A stretch of 64,000 nucleotides of DNA from Eledone cirrhosa. Lineage: Eukaryota. The stretch spans positions 310,001-374,000 of the forward strand of contig OZ024761.1 of assembly GCA_964016885.1 (NCBI GenBank), in the 5' to 3' direction. The position numbers were made by a program, and so were the translations under genes. The notes below the pieces were generated by a model. It saw nothing but the letters and a program-made list of their open reading frames with translations, was not told the origin of the DNA and made no database searches. Below are positions 41,126 to 55,189 of the stretch, piece after piece; position 1 is the first letter of the stretch; every line of letters starts with the position of its first letter.

Positions 41126-42486
41126 TAAGATCCAAAGATGGTTAAAAGAGTTCCAAGTATTTTATTATGCGCATTTCAAAAACAAATATCATCGGATGAT
41201 ATCTGCGTTCTCATCAGATAAAATAGGGAGACATGATATGAAGCTTAAAAAACACTTGTGAGCAGTGAAGTTTTAAATCAGCATATGAAAAATAAAGTAA
41301 GATGGATATATGAGATTGGGAAAAAATGAGGGGGTGGGAGGAAAAGGTAAGGAAGAGGAAGAAAGAAATAATGGTGGGGGAGGAGTATAAGAAGGAAGGA
41401 TGAGAGAGGAGGAGAAATGAGTGCTAGAGAGAGAGAAATAGCCTTTACAACTGAGAATACATTATCTCACAGAGAGAAATTAAAAAACCGTTGGGAGATA
41501 ATAGATAATTTAAAAAGATTTTGAAATTAAAAGTTAATGAGGTTTTTGGATGTTGATGTTTATGATTGAAGAAAAAGGAATTAGGAATAGTATTAATTTA
41601 GGAAAAAAAGAATTTATTAATATGTATTATTAAAATAAAAATATTAATGATATTAAGGATATAATGTGAAAGAAGGAGAATAATACATGAATTATGAACT
41701 TAGAGGAATTAGTTAGGGTTTAAGTTTGTTTTTATGTATTGTAATATGTAAAAGTAAGTAATATATTTAGAACGAGCATGGAAGGAGAGAAGAAAAAATA
41801 TCTAACGTCAAAAAGTATATATGTTTACAAAAATGTTCTAATGGTAATATTATTATATATTAAAAAATATATAGCTTCTATAGGGAAAAATGGAAAATGC
41901 TGTAGTGAGTAATAATATGAATTGAGTAATAATTGGGAAGTAAAAGTTACAGATTAAAGATTAGAAATTAAAAAAGAAAAAAGGGAGAAAGGAAAAAGGA
42001 TAAAAAGAAGAAAGATAGGGGATCACAACGACATAGAGTGAGTAAATTGTATAATATAATATACTGAAATAAGGTAGAAAAGTGGGTATATTTGTAAAAG
42101 ATATAAAAAATTTGAGAAAAGAAGATTTTAAACTAATTAGGTATTGAGATATTAGCTGTATACTTTATGGAATGTTCTATGGGATTTATGCAAGCAGAGC
42201 GAAAATAAATCCGTACGTCTATTTATTATAGAATTAAAGTTAGATATAATGGTAAATTTCTCGGCTAGGCAGAGATTACATGTTCTGGATAGGGAAGAAT
42301 TCAGGTAAGGAAAAGCGTTGCAAACCTTCCTCCAAGAGATATTATAGTTAATATTTTTGTCTTTTAAGGACTATATGAGTTCCGAGAGTGCTGTGTTAGT
42401 TCTTTGAAGTTGGTATTTAAAAGACGATTTGTGATTATAAAATCTTGCTTTAAAGGAAGTGGAAGTGGAACCGAAATAGGTAAAAG
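41126..42486 (-). mobile_element. PLE 3' remnant (GIY-YIG fragment 42152-42486, 3' UTR, HHR)
   Basis: Translation YFGSTSTSFKARFYNHKSSF..TALSELI*SLKD..ISW..A.PY..CNLCLAEK. Confidence 0.8.
41158..41225 (-). ncRNA. Type I hammerhead ribozyme
   Basis: uauuuuau-CUGAUGA-long stem II (gcagauaucau/augauauuugu)-GAA-AUGCGCAU-A/auaaaaua. Confidence 0.85.
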
Positions 42487-42714
42487 AATTAGTACCAGTT
42501 ATAACCTTACATTCATACACTTAGTTTTTATCAAGACATTGGTTATTAAGAGGACAAAAATACCAACACTACTACCACCATCTAAAACACCATCACCTAC
42601 ACCACCACCACTAACAACAACAACAATACCAGCATTACTACCACCAGTGTTGGTATTTTTGTTCTTGCTTTATTGTGCTACAATAAAACTCACCTCCTAC
42701 ATATATATATACAT

Positions 42715-43800
42715 AACGGCAATGAATTAGTTTTGCGAGGTTTTTGATATGAAATCGGGTGTCGAAACAAATATTGTTATACTTGGGGAGGATCATATTT
42801 GTGTAATATTGCCAGAATTAATAACAGAACACACTCACTGTTTGGTTGGTTCTCGCTTTTCGCTTCTGTGTCTTTTATATCGGTTAATTTAATTTATTCG
42901 GTTCTCAATGTTGCCATTGACTTACCAACGGTCAAAAATACAGATACAATATAGACACAAACACATATATATAGTTTATCAAAGTTCTTTCGTTGCACAT
43001 CTTCAACATCGTCAGTGGTGCTATTGTTTCCTCCCGTTGCATTGTATTTTCTACGCCATCTTTATTTAGTCTGTTTATATATTTATTTATTTGTTTATTT
43101 TTTTGTCTTCTTGCGCATGCGTTTGCGTGCGTGTATAGTGTTTTGTTTGATGTGTGTCCGTGATTTGGTGACTGTATTGGTTAATGTATTCTATCTTTAC
43201 TAGTGTGTGTTTATATGTGTTTGTTGTTATTGTGCTTGTGTATGTATTTATTTATTTATTTATCTATTTATTTATTTATTTATACTTCTCTTAGGTCAGT
43301 GTTGTTTGTTTGGGTGTTGTTGTTATTCCATTCATTATTCTGTTTAGCCTTGGCCTTCTAAATTCTATTTCACTGGCCTCTTTGATTGCCTATCTTCTGG
43401 GTCATTTCTATGTTTAGATATTATTCTAATTTCTATGTTGTCTATGTTACCGTTGTGTTGTTTTCTGGCATGTTCGTATAGTACTCAACCGGTTTTTCGT
43501 CCTTTTAGTTCCCCCCAGTTTCCTATTGGTACAGTGGGTTTTCTTAAAAGGGTAGGTTTTGCTGATCAGGGATTTTATGGTGGTTCCTGGCTTTTCTACC
43601 ACTTTTATTTTTAAGTGGGTCTTTCTCAGGGCATTTCTCCACTGGTTAGCTAATTTCCCTCCAGGGGTAGCGTCCACAAATATGACACTCTGGTATCTCT
43701 GGTTGTCGTACCATGAGGTGGCTTTCCCTATCTTATGTCTAGCCCTATCTAAGCTATTCCATGATTTGCTCCTGTATAATGGGCAAATTCCTTTCATGTC
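42715..43800 (-). mobile_element. PLE remnant of a second lineage (thumb/linker plus endonuclease C-terminus, 3' terminal repeat)
   Basis: SVIFVDATPGGKLA..IKVVEKPG..IKS, then DRQSKEASEI..LNR..EWN. The terminal repeat matches the palindrome at 666-1117. Confidence 0.7.
42978..43019 (-). ncRNA. Type I hammerhead ribozyme (weak stem I)
   Basis: acca-CUGACGA-u-guug..caac-GAA-AG.aa.CU-U/ugau. Confidence 0.65.
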
Positions 43801-43894
43801 CAGAGTATTTATATATATATATATATATATTTATTTATATATATAAAGGACATATCTAGACGTCAACCCCCGCCAATTCCTTTCATGTCCAGAG

Positions 43895-43961
<67 letters not shown>

Positions 43962-44533
43962 TTATATATATATTTATTTATATATATAAAGGACATATCT
44001 AGACGTCAACCCCGGCCAATTCCTACGATTGAACAATCTTGAGAGAGAGAGAGAGGTGATGATGATGAATTGGTTGATTAGAATATAATTGACACTATCG
44101 TGACTATCGTGACTATTTGCAATCACTGGTACGACGTCACGGTTCGGTGATTCCAAGATATTATAGTGTTCTATGATACGATCCAACTTGATATAATGTA
44201 GTAACTTGTTTGAAGTTCAAGTGGTTTGATTCGCCAATACAAAATACGGGAAGACATTAATATAGTTAGAAAATGACAGTTACGCCTCAATGCGATACTG
44301 GACTTCAGCGCTAAGATGGCTTCAACTGTAATCAGATTACAGATACAGCACCGATTTTCCGGCAACTGATGGTCCGGCATCATATATATATATATATGTG
44401 TGTGTGTGAGTGCATATTTGTATGTATATATGTGTAATGTGTAGGTGTGTGTATATATATATATAATAACTACATTTATAGGTGTGTGTATATATGTATA
44501 TTTGTATATATATATATCTATATATATACACAC

Positions 44534-44650
<117 letters not shown>

Positions 44651-46309
44651 CACAATGTTATATTTCGATGTTTGACGTTTTTAAGATAATGAAATGATTT
44701 CTTAAGTATGATTGATAATATTTGATACCACAATCATAAATTCATTAATCCATGTTTGAGGGAGATAATTATCTATGTTCTCTTTTACCGTGATCCCTGT
44801 CTTTAATTATTGGTATATTGGAAATAATGGACAACGTGATTCTCGAACCTGATAGGCGTGATTCTCGAAATGTCAACAACAACAACGTAATATATAGATT
44901 TTAAAAACACTCGAAGTATTTCCAATTTTGTAAAACAACGTTTCTGCTGTCTAACTCCCCCTCCATCCCATGCCACCTATATTCTCTCAGATTTTTGATT
45001 GATTTTGTTTGATTTTGTTCGACTTTATTTTTTAAATCAATATTTGTTTAATTGGTTGTATAATTGTTGTTGATGTTGGTGATGTTGTTGTATTGCTTTG
45101 GATTGTTTGTTATTGATGTTGTTTTACTGTTGTTTGTGGTAGTGGTGTTGTTGTTGTTGTCGTTGGTGATGTTGTTTAAGATTGTGGTGGTGGTAGTGTT
45201 TTTGTTGGTGGTGGTTTCGTTGTTGTTGTTGGTGGTGTTTTTATTGTTGTCATTGGTCGTGGTGTGGGTGATGGTGTTTCAGATTGTGGTGGTGGTAGTG
45301 TTTTTGTTGGTGGTGTTTTCGTTGTTGTTGTTGGTGGTGTTTTTGTTGTTGTCGTTGGTCGTGGTGTGGGTGATGGCGTTTCAGATTGTGGTGGTGGTAG
45401 TTTTGTTGTTGTTGTTGGTGGTGGTGTAGGTGATGGTGTTTAAGATGGTGGTAGTAGTGTTGGTATTTTTGTTCTTGTTGTTAGTGGTGGTGGTGTGGGT
45501 GATGGCGGTGATGATAGTTGTGGTAGTGGTGCTTTTTGTTGCTGGTGGAGTTGGTGATTTTTTTCATTGTTGCTAGTGGTTATAGAGGTGTAGTGCTTGT
45601 TGTTTCATTGTTTTTTTTTGTTTCAAAATGGCGGTGATAGTTCCGATAGAACTTATCATAACGTAATTTAAGATATTATGTATTTATGACACGAATTATT
45701 TTGCTTTCCAAAATGGAGGACTTGAAGCGTGGCTTCTGTCTTCAACTACATTAGCAACGCTTTGCTCTACTTATTGTTTCGATTAAGATCTTAGATAATA
45801 TAAAACTAGGATCAAAATAGAAGGGGAAAAACACATACACACACACAAACACACACACAAACACACACACAAATACACACACAGACATACACACACACAA
45901 ACACACACACACACACAAACTGGTGTATAGAAATGGGAATATGAAGAAATAGCAAATCTTTCTATATATCTCTGTTTTCCTCTTTCCCCTTCTCCCTGTC
46001 TCTCCCTCTCTCTGTCTCTCCACCTCCCTCCGTCTCTCCACCTCCCTCCCTCTGTCTCTCTCTCTCTCTCAGTCTCTCTCAGTCTCTGTCTCTCTCTCCC
46101 TCACTCCTTCCATTCCCTCTTTCCCTACTCTATCCGTCTCTCTTACACTGACTCACTCTCTCCCTCAATCGCTTTCTCCTTCTTTCCCTCACTATCTCTG
46201 CCTCTCTTCCTCTTTTACTTACTCTCCATCTTTCCCTCACTCTTCCTCTTTCTCTCATCCTCCCTCTTTCCCTCACGCTGTCTCTCTCTCTCTCTCTCTC
46301 TCGCCCCTA

Positions 46310-46855
46310 CGACTCCCTCAGGAATTACAGGACCATGCATTCATCCAAAGTTACTGACAGGAGGCGAATTGGCAGAGGAGTCGTTAGAACGTCAGATAGA
46401 ATGATTTACAGCATTCGTTTCTGCTCTCTGCATTCTGAGTTCAAATCCCGCCGGGGTTAACTTTGCCTTTCATCCATTAGAGGTCGATATAAAAAGTACC
46501 AGTCAAGTACTGAGGTCGATTCTTCTTCTATATCTCTTTCTCACTTCCATTCTCTCACTTTCTTTCTCTCCTTCTCTGAAAGAAATCTGTTGTCTTCAGA
46601 CTTGGAGAGGAGATGGACTCAACCAGGTTTTAAAATAATAATGTCGTAGAAACGCCGTTTGTCAATAGGTCACCCCTACGACTCTCGTGAGAGTTAAGGG
46701 GCCATACATACAAAGTTACTAACAGTGCCTGGAGAGAAAATGGGCTTGCCAGATTTTAAAAGAAAAATGCCGTAGAAACGCAATATGTCAAAATGGCGCC
46801 CCTATGACTCTCTCAAGAATTATGGAGCCATACATACAAAGTTACTAACGGTGGT
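46310..46855. repeat. Three diverged roughly 125-bp repeats, the first interrupted by SINE-A 46361-46592
   Basis: cccctacgactc...catacaaagttactaac occurs three times. Confidence 0.7.
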
Positions 46856-47449
46856 TATATAACTTCCACCATTTTAGAAAAGGCGTCACGCTACGGAATT
46901 TAAACATTTAATTTCCTGATAATTCTCCATTAATGTTTCAAAGAAATAGATTATTTATTATTATTATTATTATTTTTCGCTCTCTTTCTCAGAAGTTTTA
47001 TATTAAACAAAAATTCCTGCTTCAGTGCATTTTATATCAGCTCGATCAAGATGGATGACATTTAGAACGGAACGGTTGCTTCTCTTATTTTTCTTTCTTA
47101 TTTTTCTTTATTTTTCTTCTTTCTTTCTTTTTCTTTCTTTCTTTTTCTTTCTTTCTTTTTCTTTCTTTCTTTTTCTTTCTTCTTTCTTTTTCTTTTTCTT
47201 TCTTCTTTCTTCTTTCTTTTTCTTTCTTCTTTCTTTTTCTTTTTTCTTTTACTTCTTTTTTGTTTTATTTTTCGTTTGTTTTCGGTTCTTTCGTTAATTT
47301 TTTCGTTATTTTTTTTCGTTATTTTTCGTTATTTTTCGTTATTTTTCGTTATTTTTCGATATATTTTTCGTTATTTTTCGGCTTTTTTCGTTTTTTTTTT
47401 CGTTTCTTTTACTGTTTCCTTTTAAACCCTTCCCTCCTCCTTTCGGCGT

Positions 47450-49068
47450 TGTTGTTGTTGTGTTGGTTGTTGTGATGGTGAATGAGTTGTTGTTGTTGTG
47501 GTGGTTGTTACTGTTGTTGTAGTTGTGGTGGTGATGGTGAATGAGTTCTGGTTGTTGTTCTAGTGGTGGTGGTTGTGATGGTGGAGTTGTTGTTGCTGGT
47601 TGTGAATGAGTTACTACTTAGATTGTTGATGGTAATGGAGAAGATGGTGGTGTTGAATGACTTGCTGTTATGGTGGTGGTTGTTGTGGTGGTAGTGGCAG
47701 TGATGGAAGTGCTGTTGTTGGTGGTTGTTTTTGTTATTGATATGGTGGTGGTTGTTGTGGTAGTAGTGGCAGTGATGGTGGGGGTGGCGGTAGTTGTTTT
47801 TGTTATTGCTATGATGGTGGTTGTTGTGGTGGTAGTGATGGAGGTGGTGGTGGTGATGGTAGTGGCAGTGATGGAAGTGGTGTTGTTGGTGGTTGTTTTT
47901 ATTATTGCTATGGTGGTGGTTGTTGTGGTGGCAGTGATGGAGGTGGTGTTAAATGGGTTACTGTTGTATTTGTTATTGCTATGGTGGTGGTTGTGGGGGG
48001 CAGTGATGGAAGTGGTGGTGTTGGTGATTGTTTTTGTTCTTGCTATGGTGGTGGTTGTTGTGGTGGCAGTGATGGTGGTTGTTGTGGTGGTAGTGGAAGT
48101 GATGGAGGTGGTGATGTTGGTGGTTGTTTTTGTTATTGCTATGGTGGTGGTTGTGTTAGTGGCAGTGATGGGGGTGGTGTTTGATGGGTTACTGTTGTAT
48201 TTGTTATTGCTATGGTAGTGGTGGTTGTGTTGGTGTTGTTGGTGGTAGTGAGTTACTGTTGTATGTGTTGTTGTTGTGGTGGTGGTGGTTGTGTTGGTGT
48301 TGTTGGTAGTAGTAAGTGAGTTACTGTTGTATTTGTTGTTGTCGTAGTGATGGAAGTGGTGGTGGTAGTAAATGGATTGCTGTTGTGGTGGTGGTAGTGA
48401 TGGAAGTGGTGGTGGTTGTGGTAGTGATGGAAGTAGTGGTGGTTGTGGTAGTGATGGTGGTTGTGGTAGTGATGGAAGTGGTGGTGGTTGTGGTAGTGGT
48501 GGTGGTTGTGGTAGTGATGGAAGTGGTGGTGGTTGTGGTAGTGATGGAAGTGGTGGTGGTTGTGGTAGTGGTGGTGGTTGTGGTAGTGATGGAAGTGGTG
48601 GTGGTTGTGGTAGTGGTGGTGGTTGTGGTAGTGATGGAAGTGGTGGTGGTAGTAAATGGATTGCTGTTGTGGTGGTGGTGGTTGTGGTAGTGGTAGAGAT
48701 GGTGTTGGTGGTAATAAATGGGTTGCTGTTTGTGATGTGGTGGTAGTGGTGGTGTTACTAGTGGTAACGAATGAATTGTTATTGTTATGGTTGAGGTGGT
48801 GGTGGTGGTGGTGGTGGTAATGATTATAATGGCGATGATGGGGTGATGATGATGATTGTGATGGTTATAATGGTGGTGGTGTTGGTGGTGGTGATGGTTG
48901 TGGTAGTTATAATGTCGATGATGGAGTGGTGGTAATGGTTACAATAGCGATGGTGCGGTGGTGATGATGACGATGGTGGTGATGGTTATCATGGCGATGG
49001 TGGGATATTGATGATAGTGATGAAGATGGTTGTGGTGTTGGGAATGCTAGTGATGATGGTAGGGTTGC

Positions 49069-49118
<50 letters not shown>

Positions 49119-49140
49119 GTGGTGGTTGTGGCGGTGACGT
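47450..49140. repeat. (GGT/GTT/GAT)-rich low-complexity tract (similar tracts at 45060-45600 and 59800-60430)
   Basis: Degenerate trinucleotide repeats giving Val- or Gly-rich pseudo-ORFs. Confidence 0.9.
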
Positions 49141-49364
49141 TAAACATGTCTTTTTCTTTTTTGCTTTGGCTTTTTTTTTTTCGAATATTCTTTTGTATTT
49201 AAATAAAAAAAATGAAGTAAAATAAAATAAATTCTATTGAAAATATCTTAATAGAAAATGAAATCAATTCACCCCCACCCGCCATTTTTCCTTTGAATTT
49301 ATTTGGTGATGAGCAGGTCGATACATTCCTAATGTTCTGCTACTGCTACCTGTTTATAGTGTTA

Positions 49365-49865
49365 CAACATAAGGTAGGACATATGAGATAGGACATGAAA
49401 ATATAAAGTCACGGCCACTATTATTACTACTACTGCTACCTATAAAGAGATAGGACATAACATAAAATGGGACATAACATGAGATAGGACATAACTCTGG
49501 ATATGATATTACACTAGATATGGTTTAACATAAGGTAGGACATAACATGAAGTAGGATATTAACTCTGGATATGACATCACACTAGATATGGTTTAACAT
49601 GAGGTATGACATAACTCGAGATATGACATAACTCGAGATATGTTAAGTTATAATTAGTGTGATGTCATATCTAGTGTGATGTCATACCCCATGTTGTGAC
49701 ATCACACTATGACTTAGCATGAGGTATGACATAACTCGAGATATGACGCCACATGAGATAGGACATTACACTAGATATGGCTTAACATGAGGTATGACAT
49801 AACATGAGGTATCTCATAACTCTGGATATGCCATCACACTAATTATGACATTACACTAGATATGC
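49365..49865. repeat. Degenerate 18-20-bp minisatellite with a short inverted segment
   Basis: gacataacatgagatat / gacatcacactagatat units, inverted around 49655-49690. Confidence 0.7.
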
Positions 49866-49933
49866 AAAGCAATGTACAGGTTAGTGTTGTTAGAAGCTGC
49901 AAACCGAGCAGGTAAAAAATAGTAACGATTATG

Positions 49934-50034
<101 letters not shown>

Positions 50035-50559
50035 GAGAGAGAGAGATAAAGTTAGTATTAATATATTTAATACGTGCAATAACAGATATATATAAGGAAA
50101 ATAAAACAAAAAAATATAACAATTTTAGTCATACACATGTCCATTGAGAAATAGTATTTGATGCGATCTGGTAAATATGGGAGACAACTGTGTATATGTT
50201 TCGGTCTTATTTCTTATATACCTCATCAATGAACCATCGGCTTTACTTTAATTATTGTCACAGTGATGCAAGAATTACTAAGTAATTGTATATGATTGGG
50301 TATTATTTAATAGTAGGAAACAATAGGTTAAGCCAATGGTTTCCAACCGTTCACATACCATCTGGATCTATTTAAGAAAATCAATAATCGTATTTTCAAA
50401 TATTTAAATTAGAAGAAAAGAACAACAAATAAACACAATGTTCCGAAATATAAAGAAAATTAATATTTGATATTTTTCTTGTGAAAACATTGTTCAGTTT
50501 TCTGTTTGAAGTAAATGTGTTGTGTTGTAGTCTTTGTTTCTATGTATATATATTTAGCG

Positions 50560-50666
<107 letters not shown>

Positions 50667-50906
50667 TTAGTCCCACACAATTATCCTAAATATTGAGTAC
50701 TCTGCCGAATAATAGTCTCACTAGTTTGATACTAGTTTAAAACTTGAATGACAGGCTGAAGAAATTGGGGCCCAGAACCCAACGAAACTTGAGTACCTGT
50801 TTATGCCACTGTTAGTCAGCATGAAAGGACTTGTTATTTTTTTCTAAAGACATTTTTTCCAATTCCATCCGCCCGTCCCCTCAATCTATCTTATTTCTCA
50901 TTCTTT

Positions 50907-50940
50907 CTTCTGATGAAGGACTGGCGTCCGAAACGTTAAG
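50907..50940 (+). ncRNA. Minimal type I hammerhead ribozyme, canonical core
   Basis: cuu-CUGAUGA-a-ggac-uggc-gucc-GAA-ACGU-U/aag, with a loopless palindromic stem III. Confidence 0.8.
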
Positions 50941-51036
50941 CCACTCTTCCTGCTATATCAAGCATTAACCTAATATATTCCTTCCATATACTGTACCGAT
51001 TGTGTTATTATTTCTGTTTACCTTTTACTTATATAT

Positions 51037-51064
<28 letters not shown>

Positions 51065-51068
<4 letters not shown>

Positions 51069-51876
51069 AGTATGTACACGTACATACATATATGTATACA
51101 GACGTACAGTAGTATGTATATATATATATACATACATGCACACATATATATATGTACGTATGGTTCACCGAACATTTATTATAATTCACGGTGTGTTTGT
51201 AAACAAACATCCCGTATTAAGCCGTAGTGTCTAGCAACCATCGTTGCTCGTTTGTTCAACACTGACAAAGGAACGCTGTACTAGTTTCAAGCTTATTAGC
51301 TATCGTCAGCAACGTATACCTTCCTACTAGATTCTTGAACGTATATACTTACCTTATGCATATTAACGGCTGAGTAGCCCAATTTGCATATCGAGTGGGT
51401 TAATCGGCCGGGTGCACCGTAAACGATAAACGGAAAAAATGAAACGAAATTTAATTTCCCACTCTTTTTTAATTTCCCACTCTTAGTACGGCTCTTAGTT
51501 AATTATAAGTATGTACACGTACATACATATATGTATACAGACGTACAGTAGTATGTATATATATATATACATACATGAACACATATATATATGTACGTAT
51601 GGATTCACCGAACATTTATTATAATGCTCTATAAACGAGCAACGATGGTTGCTAGACACTACGTCTTAATACGGGATGTTTGTTTACAAACACACCGAGA
51701 ATTATAATAAATGTTCGGTGAATCCATACGTACATATATATATGTGTTCATGAATGTATATATATATATACATACTACTGTACGTCTGTATACATATATG
51801 TATGTACGTGTACATACTTATATTTAAGTAACAGCCGTACTAAGAGTGGGAAATGAAATTTCGTTTCATTTTTTCC

Positions 51877-51882
<6 letters not shown>
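51065..51882. mobile_element. Non-coding HHR element: roughly 440-bp unit with a partial direct repeat plus an inverted copy
   Basis: 51066-51185 is repeated at 51506-51625. 51633-51882 is an inverted copy. One HHR at 51274-51314. Confidence 0.8.
51274..51314 (-). ncRNA. Minimal type I hammerhead ribozyme
   Basis: cguug-CUGACGA-u-agcu-aaua-agcu-u-GAA-ACUAGU-A/cagcg. Confidence 0.85.
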
Positions 51883-51926
<44 letters not shown>

Positions 51927-52132
51927 ATTTAATATGGAAATAGACTCTACAGGGCTAGAACTGTTTCATTCCAATAATTTCCTTCTAGTCCCGTAGAATC
52001 CATTTCTATTTTAAATTTGTTGTTTACAGTCTACTAACGTATTGAGTACCTTACTTACTGTGGTTGCCTCCGGACTCACACGCACACACACTCACGCACA
52101 CGCACACACACACACACACACACACTCAGGTG

Positions 52133-52164
<32 letters not shown>

Positions 52165-52794
52165 CACACACGCACACACATATATATATATTCAAATTGA
52201 GAAATATGTGTAGAGAGCGAGAGAGAAAGAGAGAGAGAACCATATGTCCTTTGAGAAACACTTAGCTATTCATTTATACTACAATAAATAGAGAATAGTT
52301 AGAATTTCATTTAACATTTGAAATAATAACCTAACGATCTCCACCCTATCAGCTAATAAACTATACTATCACCACAATACCTAACTATTTCTTTATTCTT
52401 TCATATACTGTATACAATATATTGTATACAATATAATGTATCTATTCTTTCCTATAATGTATGCAATGTAATGTATCTATCTATATATTTATCCCATCAT
52501 ATAATATATTCACCATTTCTATACAACGGTATATGGCATTATTCCTATTACACTACCCATCACCCCTTCCACGCCTTCCTGCTGCCTTCATCTGTCATTT
52601 AAGTTTGTTTTTTTTATTGTTGTTTTCGTTGTTATTTTTGTCGTTTTTTCCTTATTCTACAAATCCAGTTGTACTAGTAACATGTAACCCAGTGCAACCT
52701 ATCACATTGTTGGGTTGTGGGTGACTAAACCAACAACCCTACCAAGCTTGATTGCTTGGTGAGGATGGGGGATTTGGAGCAGGAGCCCTGCACG

Positions 52795-53112
52795 ATGTAA
52801 AACAACACCCGTCGAAGGGCGGACAAACTCAGGAGAGTCAACGGCCATCACAGAGTGTGTAGAGCAAGACACGTCGAAGGGCGGAGAAACTCAGGAGGGT
52901 AAATGGTCCTCCTAGAGTGTATAGAATAACACACGTCAAAGGGCAAAGGAACTCAGGAGAGTCAACGGCCATCCTAGAGTGTATAAATTTAACACCCGTC
53001 AAAGGGTAGATGGAGGAGAGTCAACGGCCATGATAGTGTGTAAAACAACACACGTCAAAAAGTGGAAGAACTCGGGAGCGTTAACGACCATCCTAGAGTG
53101 TGTCAAACAACG
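52795..53112. repeat. Diverged roughly 62-bp tandem repeat, 5 copies
   Basis: aacaacaccgtcgaagggcgga..actcaggagagtcaacggccatc..agagtgt repeated. Confidence 0.8.
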
Positions 53113-53934
53113 AAACTAGTTGACTAAAGCTCGTTCGGCTTGGTTAGAAAAGTGTAACTCTCTCTATGATTTCAAAACCAGGATAGAAGGTCTAGGATTT
53201 CAAATCAGGGTAAATGGGACTCCTTAGTCACTGAAGAGATAACCATTCAAAGGGTCAACAGCTTCTTCTTTATGATGAAAGCGGACGAGGTGCGTCTCGG
53301 TAGCCAGTTTCCGAGTAATGTTCGGAGGAAGATTCTGATTCACCAATTTTCTTTTTTTTTCTTTTTACCCATGAGGCTCATGAGAATCATATATTTACAG
53401 CATCATATAGGTGTGCATTGGTTCAATTGTCCATCGTTCTTGACCCTCAACAATGAGAAAGGGAAGAGACTAGACCAGACTAGACCAGATCTGAGCTGAC
53501 CTGACATGACCTATCTGTGTTCGATAATTCCAAATTTATTTTTAAACATACCTTTTAGATCGATTTACAATCTTACTGTAGTTATTGGGTAGTAATTCAA
53601 TTTTATTTTCTGTTTGACCGAATTATCACTTATATTGGAGACGTCGCTGAATACATTCCGTTAAGCATATTATTTTTATCGTTCAAGTAGATGGTATGCG
53701 TAAGAGAAGGTAGGAGGAATGACACAAGATAGATAAATAGATAGCAGAGGAGGAAGGAGAGAGAAATACATTTTCATTTGTTTGTTTATGCAGATATATA
53801 GAAGGAAGAAAATGCTATTAAATCAGTCACACACACCTATACACTAGGTCCGAACACAAAGGAACTCAACCCTCTCTGTCACCGCCTCCTTCTCTCCCGC
53901 TCTCTCGATCTTTCATTATCATGAGCAAATGGGG

Positions 53935-54395
53935 TCACACGCGCTGGCCGCACCGCGGCACAGGAGGATAGAATAGAGAAGGTGTTTCCTCGGAGGATGG
54001 TGAGGGAGATTCGCTGGAAGAGCCATTGCTGCTCGCGAGGCTCACCCCTGCGGGTAGCCAGATCTGCGCAGATGTTGGTGAGCAGAGAGGTGGCCTAGGG
54101 TCAATGACACCAGAAGACTTCACTGCTACGGGCTCGACTGCAAACCTGTCGGAGAGTGACCGATATTTGGTGAGTTTACCCTCGACAGCCTGAAGTGCAG
54201 CTGAGCCTGGGTTAGTGGCAGACCGCACCAGGTTGCCGCTGCAGAATGTGTCGCAGTATGTAACATCCCAGATGAGGGGTTTACCACCGCGGAACGGGAA
54301 GATGGTCATGATCATGCCGTCAGGCCTTTTGCCATCCCCTCGGTCCATACCCACCAGCTCGAGCTGAGAGGGTAAGCGTGGAGCATACGAGCCCT
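53935..54395 (-). mobile_element. Diverged RLE-domain fragment of the CRE-like family
   Basis: DRGDGKRPDG..IFPFRGGKPLIWD..DTF.. aligns with 4700-5130. Confidence 0.85.
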
Positions 54396-54607
54396 GCTAT
54401 TATTCCGTTAAGTATATTATTTATATTCTAACAGAACTTCAGCTGACGCATTGCAAATCCTGTCATAAATTTCTTTGCTTTCCGTTTTGGGATTTTACAA
54501 TTCACTTATTTTCCAATTTACTTTGGCAGATCTTTACCTAATTACGGATGAACATCTAGTGTGTTATTCCAATTATTCTATTGTAATTATTCTGTTGTTA
54601 ATTAAAT

Positions 54608-55015
54608 GGGCGGTGGATTGGCAGTATCGGTAGAGGGTCGGGCGCCATGCTTTGCAGCATAGAGTTACGGTCCTTGCCATTCTGAGTTCAAATCCCGCTG
54701 AGGTTAACTTTGCCTTTCATCCTTACGGGGTCGATAAAATAAAGTACCAGTACTGCACTGGGTAATTGCTGGCCTTGTGCCAAGTGTAGAAACAATTATA
54801 TGGGGGAGGTTTTTTTTTCTTTTAATTATTTTTTCATCTACACGTATGCTAGACTTATCTTCTCACTCAGGTGTGTATAATATACAGCACTGTTTACGTC
54901 CAACGTATGTATAAAGCAAAGTTAAACTCGGCAGGATTTGAACTCAGACCGTAAAAGAGCGTAACTCTATGCTGCAAAGCATGGCGTCCGACCCTCTACC
55001 GATACTGCCAAACCA
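54608..55015. mobile_element. SINE-A copies (54608-54797 plus, 54915-55015 minus)
   Basis: Match to the SINE-A consensus. Confidence 0.85.
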
Positions 55016-55096
55016 CCAACCGTATATTAACAGTGGTTTCGTACATGCAAGAATTGTACATTTATATATGTATATATAAACATATATATATATATA

Positions 55097-55189
<93 letters not shown>

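Noticed and set aside
47670-48746. Val-rich or Gly/Cys-rich ORFs (also the Pro/Thr/His-rich ORFs at 59726-60445)
   Set aside because: Low-complexity GGT/GTT repeats that are open in multiple frames.
50190-50235. Minus-strand UUGAUGA-ggu..acc-GAAAC motif
   Set aside because: Stem II is present but the cleavage triplet and stem I are not recoverable.
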